DNA of 56,183 nt from Deltaproteobacteria bacterium (GCA_016198185.1 JACQJD010000080.1:1-56183); one strand, 5' to 3'. Positions 31,415-41,352 are shown, counted from the first letter of the stretch. Translations and numbers: made by a program. Notes: a model not told the origin generated them from the sequence alone.

Positions 31415-31588
31415 TTACCGAAACTCGCGCCCCGTGTTCAGTTGACGTTCGATGACATCCGCTTTCAGACGCGGGGCTGCCTGTTGAAAAATATCTACAA
31501 AAAAAAGACTGAGTCGCCACGCGATCATCACCACAAACGTCACAAGCAACATATACTCAACGATGGTCTGACCGCTGTGCGCTTTCAT
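31415..31588 (-). CDS. Flp-like minor pilin
   Basis: SG|QTIVEY Flp motif; start reassigned to the ATG at 31588. Confidence 0.8.
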   Translation of the reverse strand: MKAHSGQTIVEYMLLVTFVVMIAWRLSLFFVDIFQQAAPRLKADVIERQLNTGREFR

Positions 31589-31601
31589 GGATAAACGTGG
31601 A

Positions 31602-31784
31602 TTAGCCACCGCCCCCCATGGAACTAATTGCATTTCGAATTTTGTCCGTCACTTGCCCCACCAATCCTTGAAATTGAGGCTGAAACAATTTGAACAAAAT
31701 CATGACAATCCCCACCACAAATACAATCATGAGAATGTATTCCAGTGTATTTTGTCCTTTATGATTTCGAAGTAACTGTCGCAT
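31602..31784 (-). CDS. flp: Flp pilin
   Basis: 60 aa; KG|QNTLEY plus hydrophobic helix; strong AAGGAGG RBS; first gene of the operon. Confidence 0.9.
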   Translation of the reverse strand: MRQLLRNHKGQNTLEYILMIVFVVGIVMILFKLFQPQFQGLVGQVTDKIRNAISSMGGGG

Positions 31785-31838
31785 GTTTCCTCCTTATAGG
31801 AAATGGATGTACGTTGGGTACACCCTCGTTCTGTTTTC

Positions 31839-31866
31839 TTTTCGGTAAAAATACGACAAAGCTTAA
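31839..31866 (-). promoter_or_regulatory. sigma28 (FliA)-like promoter of the flp operon
   Basis: Minus strand TTAAG-N15-ACCGAAAA about 55 nt upstream of flp. Confidence 0.6.
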
Positions 31867-32100
31867 ATAAGGTTATCTCCACGCACGTTCCACCTTACTT
31901 TTATTATAACCAAGGTCAGAAAGACCACAAGGTAGGGCTATAAACCCCTCTATGGACTTGCACATTAAAATTTCATTAAATTTTGGCGAAGATTTGACAT
32001 CTTTGCCTTTATTTGTATAAAATTTTGGTAATTCTTATATGTCGAAAATAGGGTTCGGCGTTTCTACAAGTCACCTTAAATGACTTACTAAGGAGGAGAT

Positions 32101-32592
32101 ATGCAAAATAGGGTCGTCGTTGCTATCGTAAAGGCGTGTTTTGTTATTGCCTTTTCTTTAACGGTCACGCTGGCTTTCTCATACCCCTTGATCCCTGATC
32201 CAGAAATCACCCAGGGAGATCTTTGCACAGAAGATAACCCTGATTTTGCAAAGTATCGGTATCAAGAAAACATCCCTTATTGTCAACGTAACGTCAGCAA
32301 AGCCAGACGAGAAAAAATCTATGAAAAATACAATATCCCCTCCCATTGCAGATATCTGTATACGATAGATCATTTTATTCCACTCTCTATTGGCGGTAGC
32401 AATGCGGATCAGAATCTTTGGCCAGAACATGTTTTGGTAAAAGCCACACGGCCAAAGTTAGAAGAGGAGATTTACCTAGCACTGGCACAGGGAGAATTAA
32501 ACCAACAAGAAGCAATCGATATTATTATCAAAGAGAAAACCACAGAGCAACAAAGCCCCCCGGATAATAACAGCAAAGGTGAATGTAACTAA
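32101..32592 (+). CDS. secreted HNH-family nuclease-like protein
   Basis: Signal peptide; IDHFIPLSIGGSN...NLWP HNH motif; AAGGAGG RBS. Confidence 0.85.
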   Translation: MQNRVVVAIVKACFVIAFSLTVTLAFSYPLIPDPEITQGDLCTEDNPDFAKYRYQENIPYCQRNVSKARREKIYEKYNIPSHCRYLYTIDHFIPLSIGGSNADQNLWPEHVLVKATRPKLEEEIYLALAQGELNQQEAIDIIIKEKTTEQQSPPDNNSKGECN

Positions 32593-32610
32593 CAGGGATC
32601 GCTTAAGCAT

Positions 32611-32722
32611 GTCACCCCGAATGCTGGTGAGGGGTTTCATCGATGTATCCCAGAGTATAGTTGATGAGACATTCCGAGCGCCCCCGGCCTTTGCCGGGAC
32701 AGGCTCCGGGCAAGGAATTTTC
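32611..32722. repeat. REP-like repeat remnants with a nested GC-rich hairpin
   Basis: GTCACCCCGA.. and GACATTCCGAGCG...CAAGGAAT resemble the GTCATTCTGAG..GAAT repeats; insert CCCGGCCTTTGCCGGG. Confidence 0.5.
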
Positions 32723-32777
32723 ACCGCTTATTAGATTGAAAGAGAAAGTTATTTCTTCAACGGAAACAGCGATATTT

Positions 32778-33092
32778 CTAAGCTGCTTTTTTCTCTGGAG
32801 TAACATTAAGTGCCAGTTGATAACCTAGGGCCTTAAGAATTTTATAAATGGTATCAAACGTTGGAGCTCTCCTTTGATCACCTTTCTCAAGGCGAGCAAT
32901 GAGAGGTTGTTTGACCTGAGCTCGTTTGGCAAGCTCAAGTTGAGACAATCCAGATCTTGCTCGAAGATCAGAAATTAAATGAGCCGCTTGAAGATAAAAT
33001 TTTTGCTCATCAAATAGTATTTTTAAGGATTTATCTCTTTTAAGTTGTCTTGCGATAATCGTTTCTAATGAAACACTTTTTATTTTTTTCAT
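32778..33092 (-). CDS. HigA-like XRE HTH antitoxin
   Basis: LRARSGLSQLELAKRAQVKQPLIARLEKG HTH_3; 4-nt overlap with the upstream toxin. Confidence 0.9.
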   Translation of the reverse strand: MKKIKSVSLETIIARQLKRDKSLKILFDEQKFYLQAAHLISDLRARSGLSQLELAKRAQVKQPLIARLEKGDQRRAPTFDTIYKILKALGYQLALNVTPEKKAA

Positions 33093-33427
33093 GAAAGGAC
33101 CTCCTTGAGTCGTTTTCTAGCCACATCTAACTCATGTTTAGGGGCTTTTTGCCCCTGTTTCTTATACGAATGTAAAACATGCAGGTGATCAGAAGAAAGC
33201 ATTACATAGAAAAATCGCCATCCTCCTCCTCGCGTTCTTATTTTTATCTCCCAGAGCTTTCCTTCAATAGGTCTAAACTGACATCCCATGGCATTCAAAC
33301 CATACTTTTTAATATCCTCAAAAACAGCCAAGATGTGAGCTTTATCTTCCCTGCTCAAATCCTTTAAAAAGTCCTCAAAATAATTCCTACCTGAATGCGA
33401 ACTTTGAAATGTAATTTTCACTGCCAT
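33089..33427 (-). CDS. RelE/HigB (Gp49-like) toxin
   Basis: KLWEIKIR...WRFFY...LHSYKKQGQKAPKHELDVA; toxin-first gene order; start may be the GTG at 33421. Confidence 0.9.
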   Translation of the reverse strand: MAVKITFQSSHSGRNYFEDFLKDLSREDKAHILAVFEDIKKYGLNAMGCQFRPIEGKLWEIKIRTRGGGWRFFYVMLSSDHLHVLHSYKKQGQKAPKHELDVARKRLKEVLS

Positions 33428-33428
33428 C

Positions 33429-33457
33429 AGAATATAACCACATGGTTATATTGTCAA
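33429..33457 (-). promoter_or_regulatory. sigma70 promoter with overlapping palindromic operator of the TA operon
   Basis: TTGACA-17-TATTCT; perfect palindrome AATATAACCA-CA-TGGTTATATT at 33431-33452 fills the spacer. Confidence 0.8.
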
Positions 33458-33512
33458 GGAATTTTTCAGGGAGATTGTCATTTTAACAAAAGAGTTATAT
33501 AAAGCCTCGTCC

Positions 33513-34511
33513 ATGATTAATAAAATAATTTTTATTATTTTCTTATTATTTTCCATTGGGTCTTATGCCGAAAATAGAGACATTGGTTTTAAAATTGAAA
33601 TAGATACCGAGAAAATCTTACGATTCAAAGATAAAACGGTTCCCAAAATTCTGGAAATTCTAAGCCAAGAAGGCATTAAAATAATTCGTGTTGATAAAAT
33701 GCAAAGTGCCGATCCACAATATACCACGATTCCTGATCTTTATGAGGATTCTCAAAAAGAATGGTATGAAGCTCAATTATTGGAAGAGCCACATGCAGTA
33801 GGTGTTTATTATGCAATTCAAGATCATGAGAATACCGGATTAAATCCGCCTTATAACGATTTGCCGACCATTGCGCTTTTAAAAAATGCGACATTGTATA
33901 CAATTCTTCATGAATATTTACACCACCTGATCACGTTATTTCAGACTCATGGCAGAGGATATCTTTGGCTCGGAGACCAAAAAAAATCTTATGGAACAAT
34001 TGTGCGTGAAACTTTTGAAATCCCTTATTTAAATGCAAAAGGGGATTACCAATATTTATTGCAGAAAAGTGCTAGTATAAAATCAGAAATCATAGACAAT
34101 TTTTATCGAAAATATCTTTCTCTGGGCGTTCAACATATTAAATATACTTACTTTAAAGGATTAGATCATCTTATCATTCCAAAGTTTCTCTACGAACATG
34201 CGGAAGTTTTTGGCGATCAGCTCAATAAAAAAGAAATCTTAGAAGATCTTATCCGGACCTTAGATGAGATTGCTGATGAAGAGAATAAATCTTTAAAAGA
34301 GATGATCGATTATGTTCAGAAAACAGGTCGAGAAAATTTAAAAAATGATGAATTTCTGGGAGTATTTTTTGGTGAACAGGATCCCATTTTGACCTTTATC
34401 GAAAATTCAGAAACTGCCCAAGAGTATAAACGAATTCATGATTGGACAGTTTCAACTGCGCAAAAGGACTTTCCTGAATTAATTGAATCCTCCGAAAAAA
34501 ATAAAGAATAG
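33513..34511 (+). CDS. secreted hypothetical protein with HExxH zinc-metallopeptidase motif
   Basis: Signal peptide (SYA|EN); TILHEYLHH; AT-rich coding sequence. Confidence 0.7.
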   Translation: MINKIIFIIFLLFSIGSYAENRDIGFKIEIDTEKILRFKDKTVPKILEILSQEGIKIIRVDKMQSADPQYTTIPDLYEDSQKEWYEAQLLEEPHAVGVYYAIQDHENTGLNPPYNDLPTIALLKNATLYTILHEYLHHLITLFQTHGRGYLWLGDQKKSYGTIVRETFEIPYLNAKGDYQYLLQKSASIKSEIIDNFYRKYLSLGVQHIKYTYFKGLDHLIIPKFLYEHAEVFGDQLNKKEILEDLIRTLDEIADEENKSLKEMIDYVQKTGRENLKNDEFLGVFFGEQDPILTFIENSETAQEYKRIHDWTVSTAQKDFPELIESSEKNKE

Positions 34512-34555
34512 AACTTAAAACATCTTAAAAGCGATGGGATTCCTGTATAAGGTTT

Positions 34556-35047
34556 TTATGGCGAAAGATGAATCGTCATCCCTTGTTGAAAAAGGGTGAG
34601 CGCATTTTGAAAAGAAACACCATGAGAGTCCGAAGTCTGGTTTTTACGAACAATCCACCCGGAACCCATGGGGGTTTGGATTTGAGTTCTCACATAAAAT
34701 GCTTTTAAAATATCTACCTGCTCTTTTGTTTCGAAATCCCATACCATCCCTTTCCATTCTGATGAAGAATGCTTTACCGCATGATTAAAAAAACAACCGA
34801 TGTCATCAAAAAAAATGGTTTGGATATTTCCGTAACGATCGGCCGATTGAACCGCAACTGAAAATCGCAAATCATTCACAATCATCCCACACTGCATGCA
34901 ACTATCCATGCCAAGCCGTGGCAGTTTAAATTGAGCACCCTTCCATGCCCAAACATAAATCCATAAGATATAAATCAATAAAAAAAGAAACCCTGCCCCT
35001 GCTAAAATATAGGGAACTTTTTTATTCTTGAGGACAACTTTACCCAT
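34556..35047 (-). CDS. nosL: copper chaperone NosL
   Basis: CMQCGM, FDDIGC, TPMGSG motifs; N-terminal TM anchor. Confidence 0.9.
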   Translation of the reverse strand: MGKVVLKNKKVPYILAGAGFLFLLIYILWIYVWAWKGAQFKLPRLGMDSCMQCGMIVNDLRFSVAVQSADRYGNIQTIFFDDIGCFFNHAVKHSSSEWKGMVWDFETKEQVDILKAFYVRTQIQTPMGSGWIVRKNQTSDSHGVSFQNALTLFQQGMTIHLSP

Positions 35048-35050
35048 CCA

Positions 35051-35866
35051 TTACCATTCTTCTTGTTGTGTAAAAATCCAACAGCCTACCAAGCTAAGGA
35101 CCAGCGTCATCAAACTGAGCCAACCGATTAAATACAAAGGTAAACTTTGACCGATCATGCGATCCAGATACATGCCCGCCGCCCCCAATACTTCTAAGTC
35201 GGTCGCCAACAATCGAATGACGAGAATTTTAAAAACCTCAACCGGATTAAATAAACTCAAAGCCACAATAGCCTCACTTCTGAGTCGCAACAGATAAGCC
35301 GTCCCCATGAGACCCAAATCTCCAATCACCGTCAAAAACAACCACAAAAAAATAGCCGCCCCAGTCGCATGAGCTCTGTTATTTGAAAAAACCGAAATCA
35401 TCATTCCCGTCGCCATACACATTACCGTAAAGAGAAGGGCCAATCCCCACAAAACCAGAAAACTTCTTGCCATGTGAACACCCCAAAACCCAATCACCCC
35501 ACTGGATATGGCAAACCCCAGAGAAAGAGAGGTGGCCAATGCTAAAAAGGATCCCAAAAAACGACCTGCAAAATAATGAACTTTGGTCAGAGGATGACTG
35601 AGAAGATACACCAACACCCCTTCTTCTCGATCTCCCGAAATCAATTGCGCACCCAAAGCAAATCCCATGAGCGGAATAAAAAGCATGAGCACATTGACCA
35701 ACATGGCCGAGAGTTTGTTAAACTGAGAAAAGGTTTCTAAATCTGAACTGCCAATAAATGAAAGTAAAAAAGTTAAAAAGGCAAATCCCAAACTAAAACT
35801 TAAGAGCCAACGATTTCGAATGGCCTCTTTGTAAGACAAAATGGCAACCAACCACACTTCATGCAT
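35051..35866 (-). CDS. nosY: ABC permease NosY
   Basis: KEAIRNRW, DREEG.L.YLLSHP, NPVEVF; start reassigned to the ATG at 35866. Confidence 0.9.
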   Translation of the reverse strand: MHEVWLVAILSYKEAIRNRWLLSFSLGFAFLTFLLSFIGSSDLETFSQFNKLSAMLVNVLMLFIPLMGFALGAQLISGDREEGVLVYLLSHPLTKVHYFAGRFLGSFLALATSLSLGFAISSGVIGFWGVHMARSFLVLWGLALLFTVMCMATGMMISVFSNNRAHATGAAIFLWLFLTVIGDLGLMGTAYLLRLRSEAIVALSLFNPVEVFKILVIRLLATDLEVLGAAGMYLDRMIGQSLPLYLIGWLSLMTLVLSLVGCWIFTQQEEW

Positions 35867-36518
35867 AAAAGGGTTCCTTGAGTGAAATGGATTCCACACT
35901 CGGTGCAACCAACCTACCATCTTGAATCTGAATCAAATGATCAGATACCCATTGCACCTCTTCCAAACGATGACTTGAAAGCAAAACCGTTTTCTTTCCT
36001 CGCCATCCTTTAATGATTGAAAGAATCTCTCGCGTGGCCCAAGCGTCCAAGTTGGCTGTCGGCTCATCCAAGAGCACAATCGAAGGATCGGTCATTAAAG
36101 AAAGGGCGATGGAGAGCTTTTGGCGCATCCCTCCCGAAAGCATATGAATTTTTTTGGACACATGCGCCGCTAAACCAAATTCCTCTAAAACAGTATAGGC
36201 CTGTTTTAAATTTACATTTCGCAATCGAGCAAAAAAATGGACTGCTTCCTGAACACGCATTTCAGCCCACAGAGGTAAGTACTGAGGAATATAGCCCATG
36301 GTCTTTTTTATTTCCTGTGCATGATCCTTGAGATTGAGTCCATGAACCTCAATGCTGCCTTCGTAATCCAAAATTCCTAAAATACATTTCAAAAGTGTTG
36401 TTTTACCAGAACCATTGGCCCCAAGAATGCCAACCACTTGTTTGTCGAAAGTTACCGTAATATCTTTTAAAACTTCGTGCGGCCCATAAGACTTATATAA
36501 ATGTGATATTTCAATCAT
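35859..36518 (-). CDS. nosF: ABC ATPase NosF
   Basis: GANGSGKT, LSGGMRQ, LLDEPT; between nosD and nosY; start reassigned to the ATG at 36518. Confidence 0.9.
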   Translation of the reverse strand: MIEISHLYKSYGPHEVLKDITVTFDKQVVGILGANGSGKTTLLKCILGILDYEGSIEVHGLNLKDHAQEIKKTMGYIPQYLPLWAEMRVQEAVHFFARLRNVNLKQAYTVLEEFGLAAHVSKKIHMLSGGMRQKLSIALSLMTDPSIVLLDEPTANLDAWATREILSIIKGWRGKKTVLLSSHRLEEVQWVSDHLIQIQDGRLVAPSVESISLKEPFYA

Positions 36519-37843
36519 AAATTCATAACGCGATTTAATCCCCATGAAATGAATAGAAAAAAAATAGCCACCCAAAAAATGCTATAGGAACTTGATTGCC
36601 TTTTGATCGAAGTCCAAGGATGCATGCTGGGTGAGGGATCTTGGGCTTTGGAATCTGGTTTGAGCCATGGAATGGCACGGCTCGCAAATTCAAGCGCCAT
36701 CATCGCCGGACCAAATTTAAATAGTTTAAATCCTTCATATCGATCGGTCAGGTCATCGGCCAAGTGAGACAAACGATAGGGGATAGCCCCAACGCCCTGA
36801 CCCTGTATATCGATACCCGTATAATCACTCCAATAATTTAATTCCCACTGTGCTTCAATTCTTTCAGCATGGAGCACGCCCAATGGTTGCCAATTATCGA
36901 TGAAATCATTCTGACGATAATTCGCTCCCGTACTTCTTCCGATGAAAGATACACCCACATCATTGAAAACAATTCGGTTACGCTCAATGAACGCAGGTCG
37001 AATATCCTCTGAAAGAGCACCCATTGGAGAATTATCAAAATAAATGCCCACACGATTGCGAAACAATTCATTGTGATTCATTTTAAACTCATTCGAGTCT
37101 TTCAACGCGATCCCAAAACCACTTGGCCCACGATTATTTAAAACCGTATTTCCGAGAATGCTTAACTTGTGACTGTACATGGCATAAATGCCAACAGAAT
37201 TATTTTCGATGATATTCTCCTGGGCTGAGGATTCATCTGAATACATAAAATGAATTCCATATCGACTGCTCTTCATTTGATTCTGATTGAGAGTGGCGTG
37301 TGGAGAATACCAGACAATGACATCTCTGCCTCTAAAAAATTCATTGCGAACCAATTGTAAAGAAGAACTATACCAAGCCTTGAGAAGATCCCCTCGCTGC
37401 GCCAATGCCAAATCGTAACCAGAAATTTTACAATCTTCAATCTGACTGAAAGGACTATTGAGAAGTTCTATGCCAAAAAGACAATTTTCCACCTTGCTGT
37501 TTCGCAGTTCAAAATGAGCACCGTCTTCTACTTTAATACAACTATCCTCAGCCCCTAAAGTGACACCCGAATTTCGAATGGTGATTCCTGAAATATGCAC
37601 CTGCGGAGCTCGTACTTCCAGAACAGTTCCCCGCAGCTTCCCATCTAAAATCACATCATTCTTTGCAATCAGTGTTAAAGGTTTTTGAATTAAAAAATTT
37701 CCAACGTAAGTGCCGGAAGGAATGAGAACCGTTTCACCCGCTTTGGCATGGTTAATGAGCTCCTGGAAAACAGCTGGTGTCTTACTCTCAACCTCAAAGG
37801 ATAAAAAAATTAAAAGAAGCCCACCGAAACAAACACCTCTCAT
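36515..37843 (-). CDS. nosD: N2O reductase maturation protein NosD
   Basis: CASH beta-helix; RYGIHFMYS, NYWSDYTG.D motifs. Confidence 0.95.
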   Translation of the reverse strand: MRGVCFGGLLLIFLSFEVESKTPAVFQELINHAKAGETVLIPSGTYVGNFLIQKPLTLIAKNDVILDGKLRGTVLEVRAPQVHISGITIRNSGVTLGAEDSCIKVEDGAHFELRNSKVENCLFGIELLNSPFSQIEDCKISGYDLALAQRGDLLKAWYSSSLQLVRNEFFRGRDVIVWYSPHATLNQNQMKSSRYGIHFMYSDESSAQENIIENNSVGIYAMYSHKLSILGNTVLNNRGPSGFGIALKDSNEFKMNHNELFRNRVGIYFDNSPMGALSEDIRPAFIERNRIVFNDVGVSFIGRSTGANYRQNDFIDNWQPLGVLHAERIEAQWELNYWSDYTGIDIQGQGVGAIPYRLSHLADDLTDRYEGFKLFKFGPAMMALEFASRAIPWLKPDSKAQDPSPSMHPWTSIKRQSSSYSIFWVAIFFLFISWGLNRVMNL

Positions 37844-38427
37844 GTGGAAGCCTGTGTCAGAAGCTTCTTTTTGATGTTAATGGCCAGCATGTAAATGCCT
37901 GTCGCAAGAAATCCCAACCAAAATCCCACTCCAAACATAGCTTGCGTATGAAATTGACCAATTTTTCCAGCCCCCAACAACCGAGGCATAAACGGTTTAA
38001 TATGCACCGGCGCTTCTGGACTTAAATAATGCCCAAAATAATACATCCAAAAAGTAAAATCACCGATAAATCCAATCAAAAAAAGAATGGGTGGTAAATA
38101 AAAGATAAAATAAATTTTTTTCGAAAAACTTAAAACAATTAAACCTCCTAAAATTAAAAGCCCAACAGCCAGCGCAGCAACTTTCCTTTCCCATTGAGCT
38201 GCATTTTGTAATTTCTCCATCCCAATATAATGATTGAGTAAGTTGACTTCATCGACATCCCCTTCCACATGATCCAAATAAACTTTCATGTGAAGGCCCA
38301 TTGGATATTGCGGAGCTTTGAGATGCATCACCCAATATGGAAAGAAATAGGATCCCGCCAAGATCAATGAAGCCAGAAAGAGCAGAGCATAAAAGGATGG
38401 ATAAGATTTCAACATTTGAAACGTCAT
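37840..38427 (-). CDS. nosB: clade II nos membrane protein NosB
   Basis: APQYPMGL, NLLNHYIGM, YYFGH.L motifs; four TMs; directly after nosZ. Confidence 0.85.
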   Translation of the reverse strand: MTFQMLKSYPSFYALLFLASLILAGSYFFPYWVMHLKAPQYPMGLHMKVYLDHVEGDVDEVNLLNHYIGMEKLQNAAQWERKVAALAVGLLILGGLIVLSFSKKIYFIFYLPPILFLIGFIGDFTFWMYYFGHYLSPEAPVHIKPFMPRLLGAGKIGQFHTQAMFGVGFWLGFLATGIYMLAINIKKKLLTQAST

Positions 38428-38430
38428 CCC

Positions 38431-40374
38431 TTATTGAACCACCAAATAGCCTGTCATTTCCAAATGAAGCGCCGAACAAAATTCTGTACAATAATATGGG
38501 AAAACACCGGATTGATCGGCTTTAAACTCAACCGTTTCCACTTTTCCGGGTTCCAAAGAAACATTGATATTGTACCGACTGATGGCAAAGCCATGTGTTG
38601 CATCCAGAGCGCGCTCAATACTACTTAAGTGTATTCTCACCAAATCTCCTTTTTTAACGTTAATAAGGTCTGGCGTCAGATGACTTCGAATGGTGGTCAT
38701 ATAAACATCAACCGTATTCCCCTTACGAACAATGCGTTCTTTACCGGCCAAAGTTGCAACGGGACTGGGTTTCATTGTTTCAGCACTCATCCCCAGTGGA
38801 TAAACACTCCACGGTTTTAAACGCTCTGCTTTTACAATTTGAGCGTAATGAGGCTCTGCGTTCGGAATGGGCATATCATATAAAACCTGCATTTTTTCTG
38901 AACCGGTTGTAGAAACAAGCTGAAAGTTTTGAGGCAACAACGGACCCACATTCGGAAAACGATCAATGGCCCATTTGTTTAATGAAACACAATAGCCTTC
39001 ACCTGGCTCGGCTGTATCCCCCTCAACACAAGAAAGGTGCCCGATATTATAATGCACCGAAACTTTATCCAAAAGTTTCCATGCTGCGTTGCCCTTGTGA
39101 TAAGGCTCTCCCAATGACCACTTTGCAATGGCTGAGTCTAAAAATAGACTGGTATAGGCATAGCCTTGTTTATCAAATTGCGTATGCAGCGGCCCTAACC
39201 CCACTTCAATCTGAGCCGCCAAAACAGAATCAAATTTTAAAATGGGAACACCATATTCATCTTTCCCTTGAACCAAGTTCTGAGCTATCGCGTTCTTTAA
39301 TTTATTGAATTCAAATACAGTCACATGAGGGTCTAATTTTCCAGATACAACAATATAATTGCCATCTGGCGAAACATCCACACCATGCGGACTTTTAGGT
39401 TCATGGATAAAATAAAGTAATTTTTCTTGGATGGCTTGTTTAAGTGTAATGAGCTTCATCCCTGCTGTTTTTTGAGTCCCTGCGGACTTGGCCACTTTTT
39501 CTGCTTTTTTCCAATCAATCACATGTAAAAAATCCATATCATTGCGTGAAACGGCCATTTCCAATTGAGGTTTCTGATTCATATTATCTGGAGAGGCTAA
39601 CTCCGTGTTGATCGAATTGATAAACAGATACCCATCACTGACTTTTTTTCCAAGATCCACAATATCTTGCCAATACGGAGGCAGCTCTATTGAAAAACTT
39701 TGTGATAGATTGATTTTTCCTTGTGCGCGATCAAATTTCCAAAAGGTCACAACCCCACGATATTTTTTTTTATAGTCCGTCATCGGGGCATAGCGTGCCC
39801 CCAGTGGCACATTATATTGTGAAGTTTCAATAATATATTCCGTGTTGGGGGTCACAAATGTCCCGCCATGATCATTGACAAATAAAGGATTTTGAAGAAT
39901 TTGCTTGGTCGAAAAATCACGTAGGTCAATGACCGCAACACGCGCATTGGCCTTATCATTCACAAATAAAAATTGACCGTCATAGACACCATTGGTTTCA
40001 GAGAGTGCAGGGTGGTGAAGATCTCCCCACCTGAGCGCTTTACCGCCACCATCTAATATACGTTTGGAATCCAGAGAACCCGTTCCCCAGCCTTGCCAGG
40101 AGTCTGGTGAAAAAACAGGAATCGTTTTAATCAGACGCATAGAAGGAAGACCAATCACCAGAACACTGCCGGCATGTCCCCCCGATGCAAACATGAGGTA
40201 TGGGTCATGTTTCCCAGAGGGCGTATAGGTCATCAGCGCTGCGCGCATATCCGAAGCGGTCAACCCTCTTTTTTTAGCAATGTCCTCTAAAACAGAGGCC
40301 TGACTTTGTGTGGCAATGCATAAAAGCACCAGATATCCACTTAAAATAAATCTGATTCTACTGAGGATCATCAT
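38431..40374 (-). CDS. nosZ: Sec-dependent (clade II) nitrous-oxide reductase
   Basis: SGGH, DLHH, SPHG, GPLHTQF, GH, EPH CuZ ligands; CuA YCTEFCSALHLEM; Sec-type leader without twin-Arg consensus. Confidence 0.97.
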   Translation of the reverse strand: MMILSRIRFILSGYLVLLCIATQSQASVLEDIAKKRGLTASDMRAALMTYTPSGKHDPYLMFASGGHAGSVLVIGLPSMRLIKTIPVFSPDSWQGWGTGSLDSKRILDGGGKALRWGDLHHPALSETNGVYDGQFLFVNDKANARVAVIDLRDFSTKQILQNPLFVNDHGGTFVTPNTEYIIETSQYNVPLGARYAPMTDYKKKYRGVVTFWKFDRAQGKINLSQSFSIELPPYWQDIVDLGKKVSDGYLFINSINTELASPDNMNQKPQLEMAVSRNDMDFLHVIDWKKAEKVAKSAGTQKTAGMKLITLKQAIQEKLLYFIHEPKSPHGVDVSPDGNYIVVSGKLDPHVTVFEFNKLKNAIAQNLVQGKDEYGVPILKFDSVLAAQIEVGLGPLHTQFDKQGYAYTSLFLDSAIAKWSLGEPYHKGNAAWKLLDKVSVHYNIGHLSCVEGDTAEPGEGYCVSLNKWAIDRFPNVGPLLPQNFQLVSTTGSEKMQVLYDMPIPNAEPHYAQIVKAERLKPWSVYPLGMSAETMKPSPVATLAGKERIVRKGNTVDVYMTTIRSHLTPDLINVKKGDLVRIHLSSIERALDATHGFAISRYNINVSLEPGKVETVEFKADQSGVFPYYCTEFCSALHLEMTGYLVVQ

Positions 40375-40805
40375 TTTTTCTTCTCCTTTTTTAAAGATTC
40401 TTTTGATGTTTCATCGATATAAGATAGAACTTTCCCAATTTCATCATCTGAAAGGGCTAAGTTGGGCATTTTCGTAAAAAACTTTCCAAGCATTTCCATC
40501 GCAATAGGATCTTTCTTGGCAAAGGCCGCATCCGGGTCTTTCAACCAACTCAACAACCATGATTTACTTCGACGCTCAAGAACGCCTTTAAGATCTGGTC
40601 CCGATAAAGTTCCTTGTCCAATGGTGTGACAAGCATTACAGCCCTTGGCCTGGAAAATTTTTTTCCCTGCTTCTATGTCTGCGGCGCTCCTTTTGGTGGA
40701 TTTTTCATCGGCTTTGACAAGGCCCACACCCGCCAAGCTAAAAAACACCACGAGAATCCAAACAGAGCATAAACTGAAACTACATTTTTTGCGTCGTGTC
40801 ATCAC
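40371..40805 (-). CDS. monoheme cytochrome c (probable NosZ electron donor)
   Basis: Signal peptide, CNACH, GPDL, distal MP; overlaps the nosZ start. Confidence 0.93.
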   Translation of the reverse strand: MMTRRKKCSFSLCSVWILVVFFSLAGVGLVKADEKSTKRSAADIEAGKKIFQAKGCNACHTIGQGTLSGPDLKGVLERRSKSWLLSWLKDPDAAFAKKDPIAMEMLGKFFTKMPNLALSDDEIGKVLSYIDETSKESLKKEKKK

Positions 40806-40826
40806 TACTCCTTTTTTCTCAAAAAA

Positions 40827-41279
40827 TTACGATTTGCATTCATAACAACAAGATTTCATCTTCCAAAAACCAGGTTTAAACTGTAAAGTGGTCAGCATCG
40901 TCACCGTAAAAATAAAAATTCCCACAAGTTGTAACAAACCTGAAATGACAAATAAGGTCGTCCAAAAGGTATTTTCCATGGGCTGATAAAAGCGAATGAT
41001 GGGAAACAGCATCATTCCCACCAATCCCACATTTGATGCCCACCAATTGAAACCTTGCCAAAAGTCCGAAATCAGTGAATGAGCGCAAAATCTTGGGATC
41101 ACATGATAGCCCAAACCAAAAATCATCATGGTAACCCACCCAATCATCATGATATGAATGTGCGAAAAACGCAGGATTCCAACACTCTTTGGATACACAG
41201 CCATACACAGCCCCACCCCTGCTCCCAACAAGAGATATAAAAGCGCTGAAATGGTAAACCATCTAGAATATTTACTCAT
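40827..41279 (-). CDS. 4-TM protein resembling a heme-copper oxidase subunit I fragment
   Basis: HIH....GW...IFG..Y..IPRF pattern; C-terminal CCYEC; first gene of the nos operon. Confidence 0.75.
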   Translation of the reverse strand: MSKYSRWFTISALLYLLLGAGVGLCMAVYPKSVGILRFSHIHIMMIGWVTMMIFGLGYHVIPRFCAHSLISDFWQGFNWWASNVGLVGMMLFPIIRFYQPMENTFWTTLFVISGLLQLVGIFIFTVTMLTTLQFKPGFWKMKSCCYECKS

Positions 41280-41332
41280 TTTCTGCTTTCATTTTCATAT
41301 TGTCAGTCAACATAAAATATTTTACTATAATT

Positions 41333-41352
41333 AATAGATGAATATATCTATT
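41333..41352. promoter_or_regulatory. candidate Rrf2 operator
   Basis: Palindrome AATAGAT-GAATAT-ATCTATT in the divergent nos/rrf2 spacer. Confidence 0.55.

Noticed and set aside
32497-32806. Two short minus-strand ORFs after the antitoxin
   Set aside because: They translate REP-like repeat sequence and overlap the HNH gene or antitoxin; no RBS or motifs.
40371-40805. Tat export of the cytochrome c (RRKK near the N-terminus)
   Set aside because: No S/T-R-R-x-F-L-K consensus, and c-type cytochromes are normally Sec substrates.
40876-41262. 128-aa His/Asp-rich alternate-frame ORF in the nos leader gene
   Set aside because: Out-of-frame product of the Met/Ile-rich TM codons of 40827..41279, which carries the recognisable motif.
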